A stretch of 64,000 nucleotides of DNA from Eledone cirrhosa (Eukaryota): assembly GCA_964016885.1 (NCBI GenBank), contig OZ024763.1, positions 11,718,001 to 11,782,000 of the forward strand. The letters are read 5' to 3'. The position numbers and the translations under genes were made by a program. Numbering within the stretch: the first letter of the stretch is position 1; every line of letters starts with the position of its first letter. Positions 53,121 through 64,000 of this stretch are shown here, one piece after another. The notes under the pieces are model-generated. The model was not told where the DNA came from. It saw only the letters and a program-made list of their open reading frames with translations, and ran no database searches.

Positions 53121-53686
53121 AAATGCTATTGAAATGCTGGGTAAATATTCTATAGCTGTTGATCGCGAATAGATGGCTGTCGTTTATTTATCTATTATTT
53201 CTTCATAGATGCCTTTTAATCTTATAGCCTGGTTTAATTGGTTTTTGTGTGGTTGATTATGCTGATTGGGAGAGGAAATGGTGGATATATTTTATCAAAT
53301 ATGGACATAATTTATAGTATATATATATATACACACACACATTATATTAATAAATGGAAACTATATTTATAAAACCTTAATTTTATTATATATATTTCAA
53401 GGCAAATTTTGGTGCGCTTTCAACAGATAAAATACAAAATTTGTTTTATAAATGTTGACATACTCGCAGAAGAACAACCTTGACGGTTGGAGGTTCGCTG
53501 GATATTATATATATATATATATATATAGATATAGATATATATATATATAAGCAAAAGGATATTTAGTTTGTTGGTAATTCAACAAATATATATATATTTA
53601 TAACAGATTCGAAGCACCAGACAGGTTTTCTGGAGTATAATATCAATGATATTAATAAATGGAAACAATATTTATAAAACCATATT

Positions 53687-53747
53687 TATTCTATTATATA
53701 TATTTCAAGGGTACCAAAACTTTGGTACGCTCTCATCAGATAAAATA
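53687..53747 (-). ncRNA. Minimal type I hammerhead ribozyme candidate (mirror copy)
   Basis: Minus strand: tattttat CTGATGA gagc gtaccaaa gt tttggtac cctt GAAA tatat ATA atagaata. Confidence 0.65.
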
Positions 53748-53873
53748 CAAAGTTTGTTTTATAAATATGACATATCCAGGAATGATACCTTAATGAGACC
53801 TGACTATCCAGGTAAAACTTGAACCGTTAAGGTCTCATCCCTGGATATGTCAATATTTATAAAACAAACTTTG

Positions 53874-53934
53874 TATTTTATCTGATGAGTGCGTACCAAA
53901 GTTTTGGTACCCTTGAAATATATATAATAGAATA
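53874..53934 (+). ncRNA. Minimal type I hammerhead ribozyme candidate
   Basis: Helix I TATTTTAT/ATAGAATA (8 bp, 1 GU), CTGATGA at 53882, 8-bp helix II core, GAAA at 53915, 2-bp helix III, ATA triplet ending at 53926. Confidence 0.65.
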
Positions 53935-54529
53935 AATATGGTTTTATAAATATAGTTTCCATTTATTAATATCACTTATATATATATCATCATCATCATC
54001 ATCATCGTTTAACGTCTATGTTCCACGCTTGCATGGGTTTGAATGAGGGGTACATGAGTCCAGACACTAATTGACACATAGCCCTTTGCTCCAGAAAATG
54101 TAAACATGGTGGCTGGGTAAGACTCTTTAGGAACTTACATGTCTACCGGGCACAGACAGAAAGACGTGCTTTTCTGCCTGCAGCATATCACAAAATCAAA
54201 TTTCATGTGAAGATACTGTTCTCATAACAACAACAAATGCATGAATTACATCTTGTTTTGCAGAACTGTTGAAATAATTATTATGAATAAACGATTTATG
54301 TAACATCAGCATCTTTCTTAATGTTATTCTTTTATATATATACACTTGCACCTCTCTAAGACAATGTCTCTAGACTGAGATCTTTGGCACTACGCAGTAA
54401 TACAGAAGACCCGCCTTGCCTATGTACAAAGCGAAACATAGTCAGTAGGCACCTCTTAACCAAATATACACCCCAATCCACTACCCTATCCTCCCACTAC
54501 CACCAACAGCACGAGATAATGAGATCGAG

Positions 54530-54782
54530 ATCGTGTAGGTGTCACAACAAAAAACACACACAGTCCACGTTGTAATGTGGCCGTGTAGGTAACACGGTAA
54601 AAAGTTCCCAGTTCCACACTGTAAATGTGGTTGGTGTTAGGAAGGGCATCCAGCCGTAGAAAACCTGCCAGATAGTCGTATATGAGCGAGACACGGTCAC
54701 CCGACCAGCCTTGCCTCAAGTGGGACAACTCCCGTCTAACCCATGCTAGCGTGGAAAATGGACGTTAAACGAAGATGATGAT
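54530..54782 (+). mobile_element. SINE family B-related 3' part
   Basis: GGTTGGTGTTAGGAAGGGCATCCAGC...AACCCATGCTAGCGTGGAAAATGGACG. Confidence 0.75.
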
Positions 54783-55065
54783 ATTTATAGTATTCATTGT
54801 TCATTGTTGTTTTTGTTATCTACTATAGTTGGTATATACCCAGACAATATATTATTCATGGTGTTCCCTTGAATATCTTAATAAGTTCATTCTGATGGGA
54901 GGAATTAATTCATTTCTCGCATCATTGAATGTATAGAGACTGCCTCAGATAATTAGGGCGGTGTTGCCTTATTGCTACTAAGGTTTAGTGTAGAACTTGA
55001 TATTTTAAATATATATATATGCATAAGTGTTGTAGTTTGCTTGAAGCATTGTTGAATAGGAAATT

Positions 55066-55318
55066 TAAATTTAAATATTTTTGAAACCCATACAATGCAT
55101 TAGAAAATTAAAGGTGCTAAGATAACAATAGAATCTTACCTTAGCAAATTTCGATCGATTCTTTAAGACCTGCACAAGGACACTCCCTTGATAGTGGATT
55201 TTTAAAACCGAAAACATTTGGGATTATTAAATTTACTAAAGTAAGTAAGATACTATTGTTATCTTGGCACCTTTAATTTCCTAATGCATTGTATGGTTTT
55301 CAAAATTATTTAAATTTA
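55066..55318. mobile_element. Foldback with ~75-bp imperfect inverted arms
   Basis: CATACAATGCATTAG..AATTAAAGGTGC.AAGATAACAATAG and its reverse complement at 55253-55295. Confidence 0.65.
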
Positions 55319-55490
55319 CACACACACACACACACACACACATTTATAGAGAGAAATTAATAAATCATATGAATACACTAATTTCATAACTGAAGAATTG
55401 AGCTGCAACAACAACGAGAGGACTGGGTGATTTTGTTTCATAAATTTTGTATATATATGTATATAAAATATGTGTGTGTGTGTATATATA

Positions 55491-55652
55491 CACAGTGAAA
55501 TTCACGGGGTATAGAAACAAATTTGTTGTAAGGAAAAATTCTTTATAATGACATCAACCTAACACATCGAGTGTTTGGCCGAGGATTGAAAAAAATTTCG
55601 TTTTACTGAAAAATTTGTTATAATGGTATTCGTTATAACAGTTTTATTTGTA
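55491..55652. mobile_element. Possible Tc1/pogo-type MITE remnant
   Basis: CAGTGAAA start, recurring TTCGTTATAAC-like motifs, ...TTTGTA end. Confidence 0.35.
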
Positions 55653-55951
55653 TTTATATAAACACTGCAAATGTGGTTGGTGTTAAGAATGGCATCCAGC
55701 TGTAAAATACCTGGCCAAAATTTACAGTCCTCGTTGGAGCAAGGTATAGCGTAGCCAATTGTGGCCAGATTTGCCTCCCAGCATGGACAACCCGTCTAAC
55801 CCATCCATGCATGGAAAAATGGACGCTAAACAGTAATGATGATGAAAACCAGAGCCAGTTTTGACCAGATTGGTATCAAAAGGGTTAACTCTTTTGTGAC
55901 CATATTTCTAATTAAGAATTGTGAGAGTTTTACTAATATTATTTCATTGCC

Positions 55952-56072
55952 ATACTGAGTTCAAATCCCGCCGAGGTTAACTTTGCCTTTCATCCTTACG
56001 GGGTCGATAAAATAAAGTACCAGTAATGCACTGGGATATTTGCTGGCCTTGTGCCAAAAGTAGAAACAATTA
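55952..56072 (+). mobile_element. SINE family A, 5'-truncated
   Basis: B box, core and tail. Confidence 0.8.
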
Positions 56073-56538
56073 TTTCATTGGTAGATTTGCAGTGTCGGTA
56101 CTATCAAGATAGTAATTTAACATATGGTTCTGATAACAAAATTATGTTGGAAGATTTTAAATTAAGTAGGAACCCTTCAAAATGAGTGGCTTTTGTTTTA
56201 TAGAAGCAGAGTGGCGGTTTTGGCCTGGTTGGTATCAAAGGGTTAATAAGAAGTATTATAATATAGATTATTGAGCTGAAATCAATAACAAGTGTTATTG
56301 AATTGAATCTGTTCCCCCGCCACTTCTCTCTTCCAGCTGACCTCTCTGTCTGTTTCAATTCCAGCAACATATCCATTACATCATTGTTGTGTGTGTGTAT
56401 TGAGGTGTGTGTGTGTGTATTGAGGTGTGTGTGTGAGAGAGGGAGACTGCTTTGTCTGTTTCAATTCCAACAACATATCCATTACATCATTGTTATGAGT
56501 GTGTATTGATGTGTGAATGTGCATGTGACTATGTATTG

Positions 56539-56574
<36 letters not shown>

Positions 56575-57462
56575 GCTGGAACAATCTGTCTTGTTTCAGA
56601 AATCTCTCTAAGAATGAAGAATCTGTGTTAGTATGCATGTGTGTATGTGTATCTCTGTGTTAGTATGTGTATCTCTGTGTTAGTATGCATGTGTGTATGT
56701 GTATCTGTGTGTTAGTATGCATGTGTACATGTGTATCTATGTGTTAGTATGCATGTGTGTGTGTGTATCTGTGTGTGTGTAAGAGAGCTGGAATAATCTG
56801 TCTTGTTTGAATAATCTTTTTTCTCAAGGGTCAGTAATATAGCGATATTGAGCTAGACTGTACATGTATGTGTGTGAATATGTATGTACATATGTATGTG
56901 TGTGTACATGTATGTGTAAACATGTATGTATGTGTGTACATGTATGTGTAAACATGTATGTATGTGTGTGTACATGTATGTGTAAACATGTATGTATGTG
57001 TGTGTACATGTATGTGTATGTGTAAACATGTATGTATGTGTGTGTACATGTATGTGTAAACATGTATGTATGTGTGTGTACATGTATGTGTAAACATATC
57101 TGTGTGTGTGTGTGTGAGATTGGTAGAGAGCAAAGATATCTATCAAAATAACTTTATTTCAACCATATAGCTTCCTGCTTGATTTAAATTATAAAGAAAT
57201 ACAACCAACTTTGACATTTTCATGGTCTACCTGCTGATGATTAAATCTTAGTTGATTAGCAAAGTAATAATTAATTTACAGATATCTGGAAATCTGGTAA
57301 GAAAATAAAGAAAGAAATAAACATAAAATAAATTATTAGTTTATTTTTTTAATTTTATTTTCATTTTTTTTTTTTTTTAGTTTAGTTCTTAGATTAATTA
57401 TGCTACTGTTGTAAAATATAATTAATTAGTGTTTGGTAGCAAAATGAGGGCGAATAAATAAT

Positions 57463-57635
57463 AATTGTTTCTACTATAGGCCAGCAATTACACCAGTACA
57501 TTACTGGTACTTTATTTTATCGACCCCGTAAGAATGAAAGGCAAAGTTAACCTTGACAGGATTTGAACTCAGACCGTAAAGGGCTGTAACTCTATGCTGC
57601 AAAGCATAGCATCGGACCCTCTACCAATACTGCCG
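57463..57635 (-). mobile_element. tRNA-derived SINE family A
   Basis: Family consensus, reverse complement. Confidence 0.85.
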
Positions 57636-58179
57636 AGAATAAATAATAATAATAATAATCCATATTATAAGAGTGCTGACCCTCCGTCTGTCTGTCTGTT
57701 CCTCCGTCTGTCATATTCACGAGGGTAAGTGCCAAGCAAGAAATATATACATAGACAGAGAGAGAAAAAAGAACACCATGTGTTTTCCAACATAATTTTG
57801 TTTAAGAACCTCATATTAATTACTTAATAATTTAAAATAATAATTTAAGTAAATCCTTCAAAAATTCTTCATTAACCCTTTTGATACGAACCTGTCCCAA
57901 ATCACCCATTTAAATCTAATATCTTCTTACATAACATGGTTTTTAATGTAAAATTAAGTTAAGATCTTAGTAATGAAATAATAATTTTAGTAAATCCCTC
58001 CAAATTCTTCATTAATTAATTGAAATGGAGTGGATTTTGTTAGAAACATGGTCACAAAGGGATTAAATGCCTCAGTATTTGATCTGCTTCACTGGAATCT
58101 GAGATCAACTTTTGTCTTTCATTCTTTCAAGGTCAATACTAAAGTAACAGTGCAGAAAAGGAGACTTTGTATATGGCAG

Positions 58180-59415
58180 GGACACAGGGGTTGGTAGTAG
58201 TAAGAACAAGAATCCTGAAGAAGTGGATAGCTTCTATTACTTATGTCACTGAGAGCATAGCTAGAATAAGAACAGGCTTAAAAAGCTCAAGGAGCTTCTA
58301 GCTCTGTTGACAACAAAAGGTTTGCTGTAGGATGCCTGTGTGTGAAGTGCGATGTTACATGGTAGTGAGACATGGGTTGTGAATGTAGAGGTTGTGTAAT
58401 GTTACATGGTGGTGAGACATGGGTAGTGAATGTAGAGGTTGTGTAATGTTACATGGTAGTGAGACATGGGTTGTGAATGTAGAGGTTGTGTAATGTTACA
58501 TGGTGGTGAGACATGGGTAGTGAATGTAGAGGATGTTACATGGAGGTGTGACATGGGTAGTGAACGTAGAGGATGTTACATGGTGTGACATGGGCAGTGA
58601 ATGTAGAGGATGTTACATGGTGGTGTGACATGGACAGTAAATGTAGAGGATGTTGCATGGTAGTGTGACATGAGTAGTGAATGTGTAATGTTACATGGAC
58701 AGTGAATGTAGAGGATGTTACATGGTAGTGTGACATGGACAGAGAATGTAGAGGATGTTACATGGTAGTGTGACATGGACAGAGAATGTAGAGGATGTTA
58801 CATGGTGGTGTGACATGGACAGAGAATGTAGAGGATGTTACATGGTAGTGTGACATGGACAGAATGTAGAGGATGTTACATGGTAGTGTGACATGGACAG
58901 TGAATGTAGAGGATGTTACATGGTAGTGTGACATGGACAGAGAATGTAGAGGATGTTACATGGTAGTGTGACATGGACAGAGAATGTAGAGGATGTTACA
59001 TGGTAGTGTGACATGGACAGTGAATGTAGAGGATGTTACATGGTAGTGTGACATGGACAGAATGTAGAGGATGTAACATGGTGATGTGACATGGACAGAG
59101 AATGTAGAGGATGTTACATGGTAGTGTGACATGGACAGAATGTAGAGGATGTTACATGGTAGTGTGACATGGACAGAGAATGTAGATGATGTTACATGGT
59201 AGTGTGACATGGACAGAATGTAGAGGATGTAACATGGTGGTGTGACATGGACAGAGAATGTAGAGGATGTTACATGGTGTGACAGTGAATGTAGAGGATA
59301 TATGAAGACTCTACAGGAATGAAGCAAGTATGTGTGAGAACTGTGAATAGAGAGAAACACTGAGTAGATGAGGAATTGAATATAGTAAGAGAGAGAAGTC
59401 TGTTGGTATGTAGTG
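58180..59415 (+). mobile_element. Decayed RTE LINE whose internal MLHGSETW segment expanded into a 38-40-bp minisatellite (58351-59299)
   Basis: Flanks align colinearly with the 22892-23818 protein on both sides of the array. Confidence 0.8.
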
Positions 59416-59429
59416 TTACAGCCTGACAT

Positions 59430-60335
59430 ACAGGCTATATACACCCTCACTACAGGCTATATACACCCTCACTACAGGCTATATACACCTTCACTACAGC
59501 CTATATACACCCTCACTACACAGTCTACATACACCATATACACCCTCACTCCACTGTCTATATACACTATATACACCCTCACTACAGTCTATATACACCA
59601 TATACACCCTCACTACACAGTCTATATACACTATATACACCCTCACTACAGTCTATATACACCATATACACCCTCACTACACAGTCTACATACACCATAT
59701 ACACCCTCACTCCACTGTCTATATACACTATATACACCCTCACTACAGTCTATATACACCATATGCACCCTCACTACACAGTCTATATACACTATATACA
59801 CCCTCACTACACTGTCTATATACACTATATACACCCTCACTACAGTCTATATACACCATATACACCCTCACTACACAGTCTATATACACCATATACACCC
59901 TCACTACACTGTCTATATACACTATATACACCCTCACTACACAGTCTATATACACTATATACACCCTCACTAGTCTATATACACTATATACACCCTCAAT
60001 ACAGTCTATATACACTATATACACCCTCAATACAGTCTATATACACCCTCACTAGTCTATATACACTATATACACCCTCAATACAGTCTATATACACTAT
60101 ATACACCATCACTACAGTCTATATACACTATATACACTATATACACCCTCACTACACTGTCTATATATACTATATACACCCTCACGACAAGCTATATACA
60201 CCCTCACTAGTCTATATACACTATATACACCCTCACTACAAGCTATATACACTATATACACCTTCACTAGTCTATATACACTATATACACCCTCACTACA
60301 CTGTCTATATACACTATATACACCCTCACTACACA
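59430..60335. repeat. TATATACACCCTCACTACACAGTC minisatellite
   Basis: Tandem periodicity. Confidence 0.93.
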
Positions 60336-61482
60336 TTGGAGACACTCTGCCACTGTTTCTCTTTGTGTATCTCTCTCTCACTCACTCTCTCTCTCACTTA
60401 CTCCTTCCTTCTCTCTATTTCACAGTCTCCCTCTCAGTCCCCCTCCCCCTTCCTCTTCTAAGACCCTCTCTGTTAGAACAAGGTCAAGGTCTCAACAGCT
60501 GAACTACACAGCCAACTCCCCCCTCATCCAGCTTACTACCTCTCTCTCTCCCTCCCCCTCTCTCTCTCTCTCTCTCTGCAGTACAGTCCTGACTTATGAG
60601 CTGTGTTTAAGGGCCACTCCCGCCCCCCCACCCTTCACCCTAGCAGCTGATTTTATCCTTAGCAACCTTCCACTTTTCCTTAGCCATTGTACTACTACTA
60701 CTACTACTACTACTGATGCTGCTACTACTGATGCTGCTACTACTACTACTACTAATACTACTGCTGTTGATGCTACTACTACTACCACTACCAGCATCTC
60801 TTTATTTCTGTTCCAGCATTTTCTAGTCTCCCACTGTTAAAACATGCATGAACAGGAGTGTGCACACACACACACACACACACACATACTTTTGTATAGA
60901 CATGCACATACACACACAAGCTTAGGCATACAAATGCACACAGCCATGCATATTCACATAATACAGTCATACATACATAACACACACACACACATACACA
61001 GCCATGCATATTCACATAATACAGTCATACATACATAACACACACACACATACACAGCCATGCACACACTTGCAATTGTCTTTCTTTTTTCTTCCTAGAT
61101 GTTTTCCATTCTCTCTCTCTCTCTCCCCCACACTCACGTGCTTTCTCTCCCTAACACTCACACACCTGCTCTCTCTCTCTCTCCCCCCTCTCTTTCACAC
61201 TGACATGCTCTCTCTCCCCCTCTCTTTCACACTGACATGCTCTCTCTCCCTCTCTCTTTCACACTGACATGCTCTCTCTCCCCCTCTCTTTCACACTGAC
61301 ATGCTCTCTCTCCCCCTCTCTTTCACACTGACATGCTCTCTCTCCTCCTCTCTTGCACACATGCTATCTTTCTCACATACACATGCAGACATGCACACAA
61401 ATACCCCTTTTTCCATTCTCATTCTCTGTCTCTCTCTTACATTTCCTCTCTCTCACAAACATTTTTTTCCACATGATCTGTC

Positions 61483-61579
<97 letters not shown>

Positions 61580-61609
61580 GTTTCTCTCTCATTTTTTCCA
61601 CGTGATCTG

Positions 61610-61645
<36 letters not shown>

Positions 61646-61842
61646 TAGAGAAACACATGCGGACACATACATACACATATATATATATATATATATATAT
61701 AACCATCCATCCATCCGTCTCTCTCATTATACAACACCCCTCTCACAATAACACCATTCCCCCAATAACAGAGCACCTCTCTAATTCTTCATGGATTATC
61801 TATCCTGATTATTAGCAATAACAACAACAATAATAAATAATA

Positions 61843-62020
61843 ATTGTTTCTACTTTTGGCACAAGGCCAGCAAATACCCAGTACATTACTGGTACTTTAT
61901 TTTATCGACCCCGTAAGGATGAAAGGCAAAGTTAACCTCGGCGGGATTTGAACTGACCGTAAAGGGACGTAACTATGTTGGAAAGCATGGCGTCCGACTC
62001 TCTACCGATACTGCCAATCT
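61843..62020 (-). mobile_element. tRNA-derived SINE family A
   Basis: Family consensus, reverse complement. Confidence 0.88.
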
Positions 62021-62094
62021 AATAATGACAATCTTAATCGCCTCCATCATTGTTGCACTCATCAAATTAAGCAGCAATCATTTTCTTATTGATA

Positions 62095-63510
62095 TTATTA
62101 TTATTTGCTCTATTGCCCTGTTGCTGGGTTCAGGCATTCAACCTAAGGCAATAGATTTCCTTGTAGAGAGAGCGAGCTTATCTGAGAATGTGTGTTGTTC
62201 CTAGTAACCAAGGTACAGCTCTGATGATTTGGGTATCATCATCATCATCATCATCATCATCGTTTAACGTCCATTTTCCACGCTAGCATGGGTCTAAACT
62301 ATAATAAAGTAAGGAGTGTGGGACTGCGTCCAGAATATAATTTTTTATCCTGTTTGTAAAATAAGTTGGATTACTTTGAATAAATAATGAATGAATATTA
62401 CATAATTTATCTACTAAATTTAGTTATTCTTGATTAAATATAAATAATTTTGTTGCTTATTTTAAGATTCACTTCTTTAAAATTTTCAAATGTCAACACT
62501 TCCGGTTAGCGATCGCTTAAATAAACATTCATATATTTCCGTCACTAATTTTCTCCTAATGCAGTTTATATATAATATCATCTTTTTTTAATGTATCATG
62601 GATTACGTTACTGATTACATAAGACAGTGTAACGACACAGTCTTTGCTCAATTTCTGTGTATATTATCAATTACGAATTTATTTGATCATATCTACATGT
62701 AAATATATATACTTGTGTATAATATCAATATACACACTACACATGCTAGCAGAAAAACCACCCAAAGTGTGGCTTTTCTGCTAGTTAATCCTAATGCTCC
62801 TACCACAGGGATAATGTTTGTGGTCATCCTCCACATGTAGTTGATCTCTAATCCAAGTCTTTGTATTTGACAGTTTCTCCATTGTTTTTACAGATATAAT
62901 CTTGCCAGCTGGTACAGCAATATCTATCAGGCTACATGTTCTATCTGTTTGTGATTTATGATGATATCTGGTGTATTGGCAGATATTTCTCGGTTATCAC
63001 AAGCATATTATCCAGAATGAATATATTGCCATTTTCCATGACTGTTTTTGGTTGATGTTCATACTGTTTGTAGGAGGTTTGGATATCATGAAAACAGTAG
63101 AGCATCCAGTGCACATATTTGGCAATGCAGTTATGTCTTTTTATATAATCAGTTTGTGCCAGCTCTTGACATCCAGAGATAACATGATCTACCGTTTCTT
63201 CATATTTGTAGCATATTCTGCATAGAGGGCTATTCCCATCTTTCACTATTCTGTGTCTATAGGCTTGAGTGTTTAGAAATTGGTCTTGTGCAGCTACTAA
63301 GATACCATCCATCTCTGTTTCAGACCAGCACTTCTGAGTTAAGCTAGTGGGCCACGCTGATCATTGTCAGAAAAGAGCTCTGGGAATCTACCATGTAGTG
63401 CTTTTGCTTTGGTTTAATTTCTCTGTTTGAAGTTTCTTTGCTGTGATCTTCACAATCTTAGCTAACTGTACATCACTCTGGTGTTGATCTTTCCTTCCCC
63501 CCAAAATTAC
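62095..63510 (-). mobile_element. Decayed R4/Dong-like RLE non-LTR retrotransposon 3' part, interrupted at ~62235-62785
   Basis: LHGRF, AAQDQ.L.T, CRIC..ETVDHVISGC (CCHC), RHN, PDII..IDIAVP, KYKDL, GALG, LLGTTHILR, (AAT)n tail. Confidence 0.85.
62293..62784 (+). mobile_element. Non-autonomous Helitron-like insertion
   Basis: 5' TCTAAACTATAATAAAG; 3' hairpin CTAGCAGAAAA..TTTTCTGCTAG ending CTAG|T. Confidence 0.55.
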
Positions 63511-63516
63511 TGGCAT

Positions 63517-63817
63517 GGAGGCACATGGCTTAGTGGTTAGAGCATTGGCCTTGCAATCGAAAGGTTGTGAGTTCAATTCTCAGACTGGGTGATGTGTTGT
63601 TTCCTTGAGCAAGACACTTTATTTCACATTGCTCCAGTTTACTCAGCTGTAGAAATGAGATGATAGGGACTGGGGTCCCTATCATTCCAATGCAAAAGTG
63701 GTCGTGGAGGTGCCACGGCAAAAGGGCATCCAGCTGTAGAAATCAAGCCAGAATCAGTTCCCGTCCCACCCTTGCAAGCAGGGAAAAGCGGACGTAAAAT
63801 GAAATGATGATGATGAT
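63517..63817 (+). mobile_element. CORE-type SINE family B with internal deletion
   Basis: Head, CORE and tail nearly identical to 52775-53120. Confidence 0.9.
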
Positions 63818-63853
63818 GTGTCTAATGTAGAAACAATTATTTTTATTATTATT

Positions 63854-64000
63854 GGTGGATTGGCAGTATTGGAAGAGGAACTGACGCCATGCTTTACAGC
63901 AAAGAGTTACGGCCCTTAATGGTCTGAGTTCAAATCCCGCCGAGGTTAACTTTGCCTTTCATCCTAACGGGGTCGATAAAATAAAGTACCAGTAATACAC
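63854..64000 (+). mobile_element. tRNA-derived SINE family A, running off the window end
   Basis: Family consensus. Confidence 0.85.

Larger units (their letters stand above)
53647..53975. mobile_element. Inverted-repeat element with a hammerhead motif in each arm; third decayed arm at 53344-53460
   Basis: ~150-bp inverted arms, (TA)n context. Confidence 0.8.

Noticed and set aside
54139-54266. Possible minus-strand exon with gtaagt donor
   Set aside because: Stops in all three frames; could be UTR but unsupported

Overview
AT-rich, very repeat-dense animal DNA. The SINE repertoire and (TA)n/(CA)n/(GA)n density suggest a cephalopod (octopus-like) genome, which is an inference. Nearly all ORFs in the track are micro/minisatellite artefacts. 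Recognisable coding remnants are non-LTR retrotransposon fragments: an open RTE RT C-terminus with an embedded PHD finger (22.9-23.8 kb), a decayed RTE (58.2-59.4 kb), an R4/Dong-like RLE element (62.1-63.5 kb) and CRE-like 3' ends (32.0 and 36.0 kb). The window also holds several tRNA-derived SINE families, TTAA (piggyBac-type), hAT and Helitron-like non-autonomous elements, and many minisatellites, several born from internal pieces of transposons. Three small + strand exon candidates splice in frame into a BTB/BACK-like C-terminus (tentative). The most interesting signal is a set of sequence-unrelated, non-coding foldback elements in (TA)n tracts that carry minimal type I hammerhead-ribozyme motifs (CTGATGA...GAAA...NTH), some on both arms. 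They resemble Penelope pseudo-LTR/retrozyme-type elements. Repeat boundaries were read by eye and are approximate.
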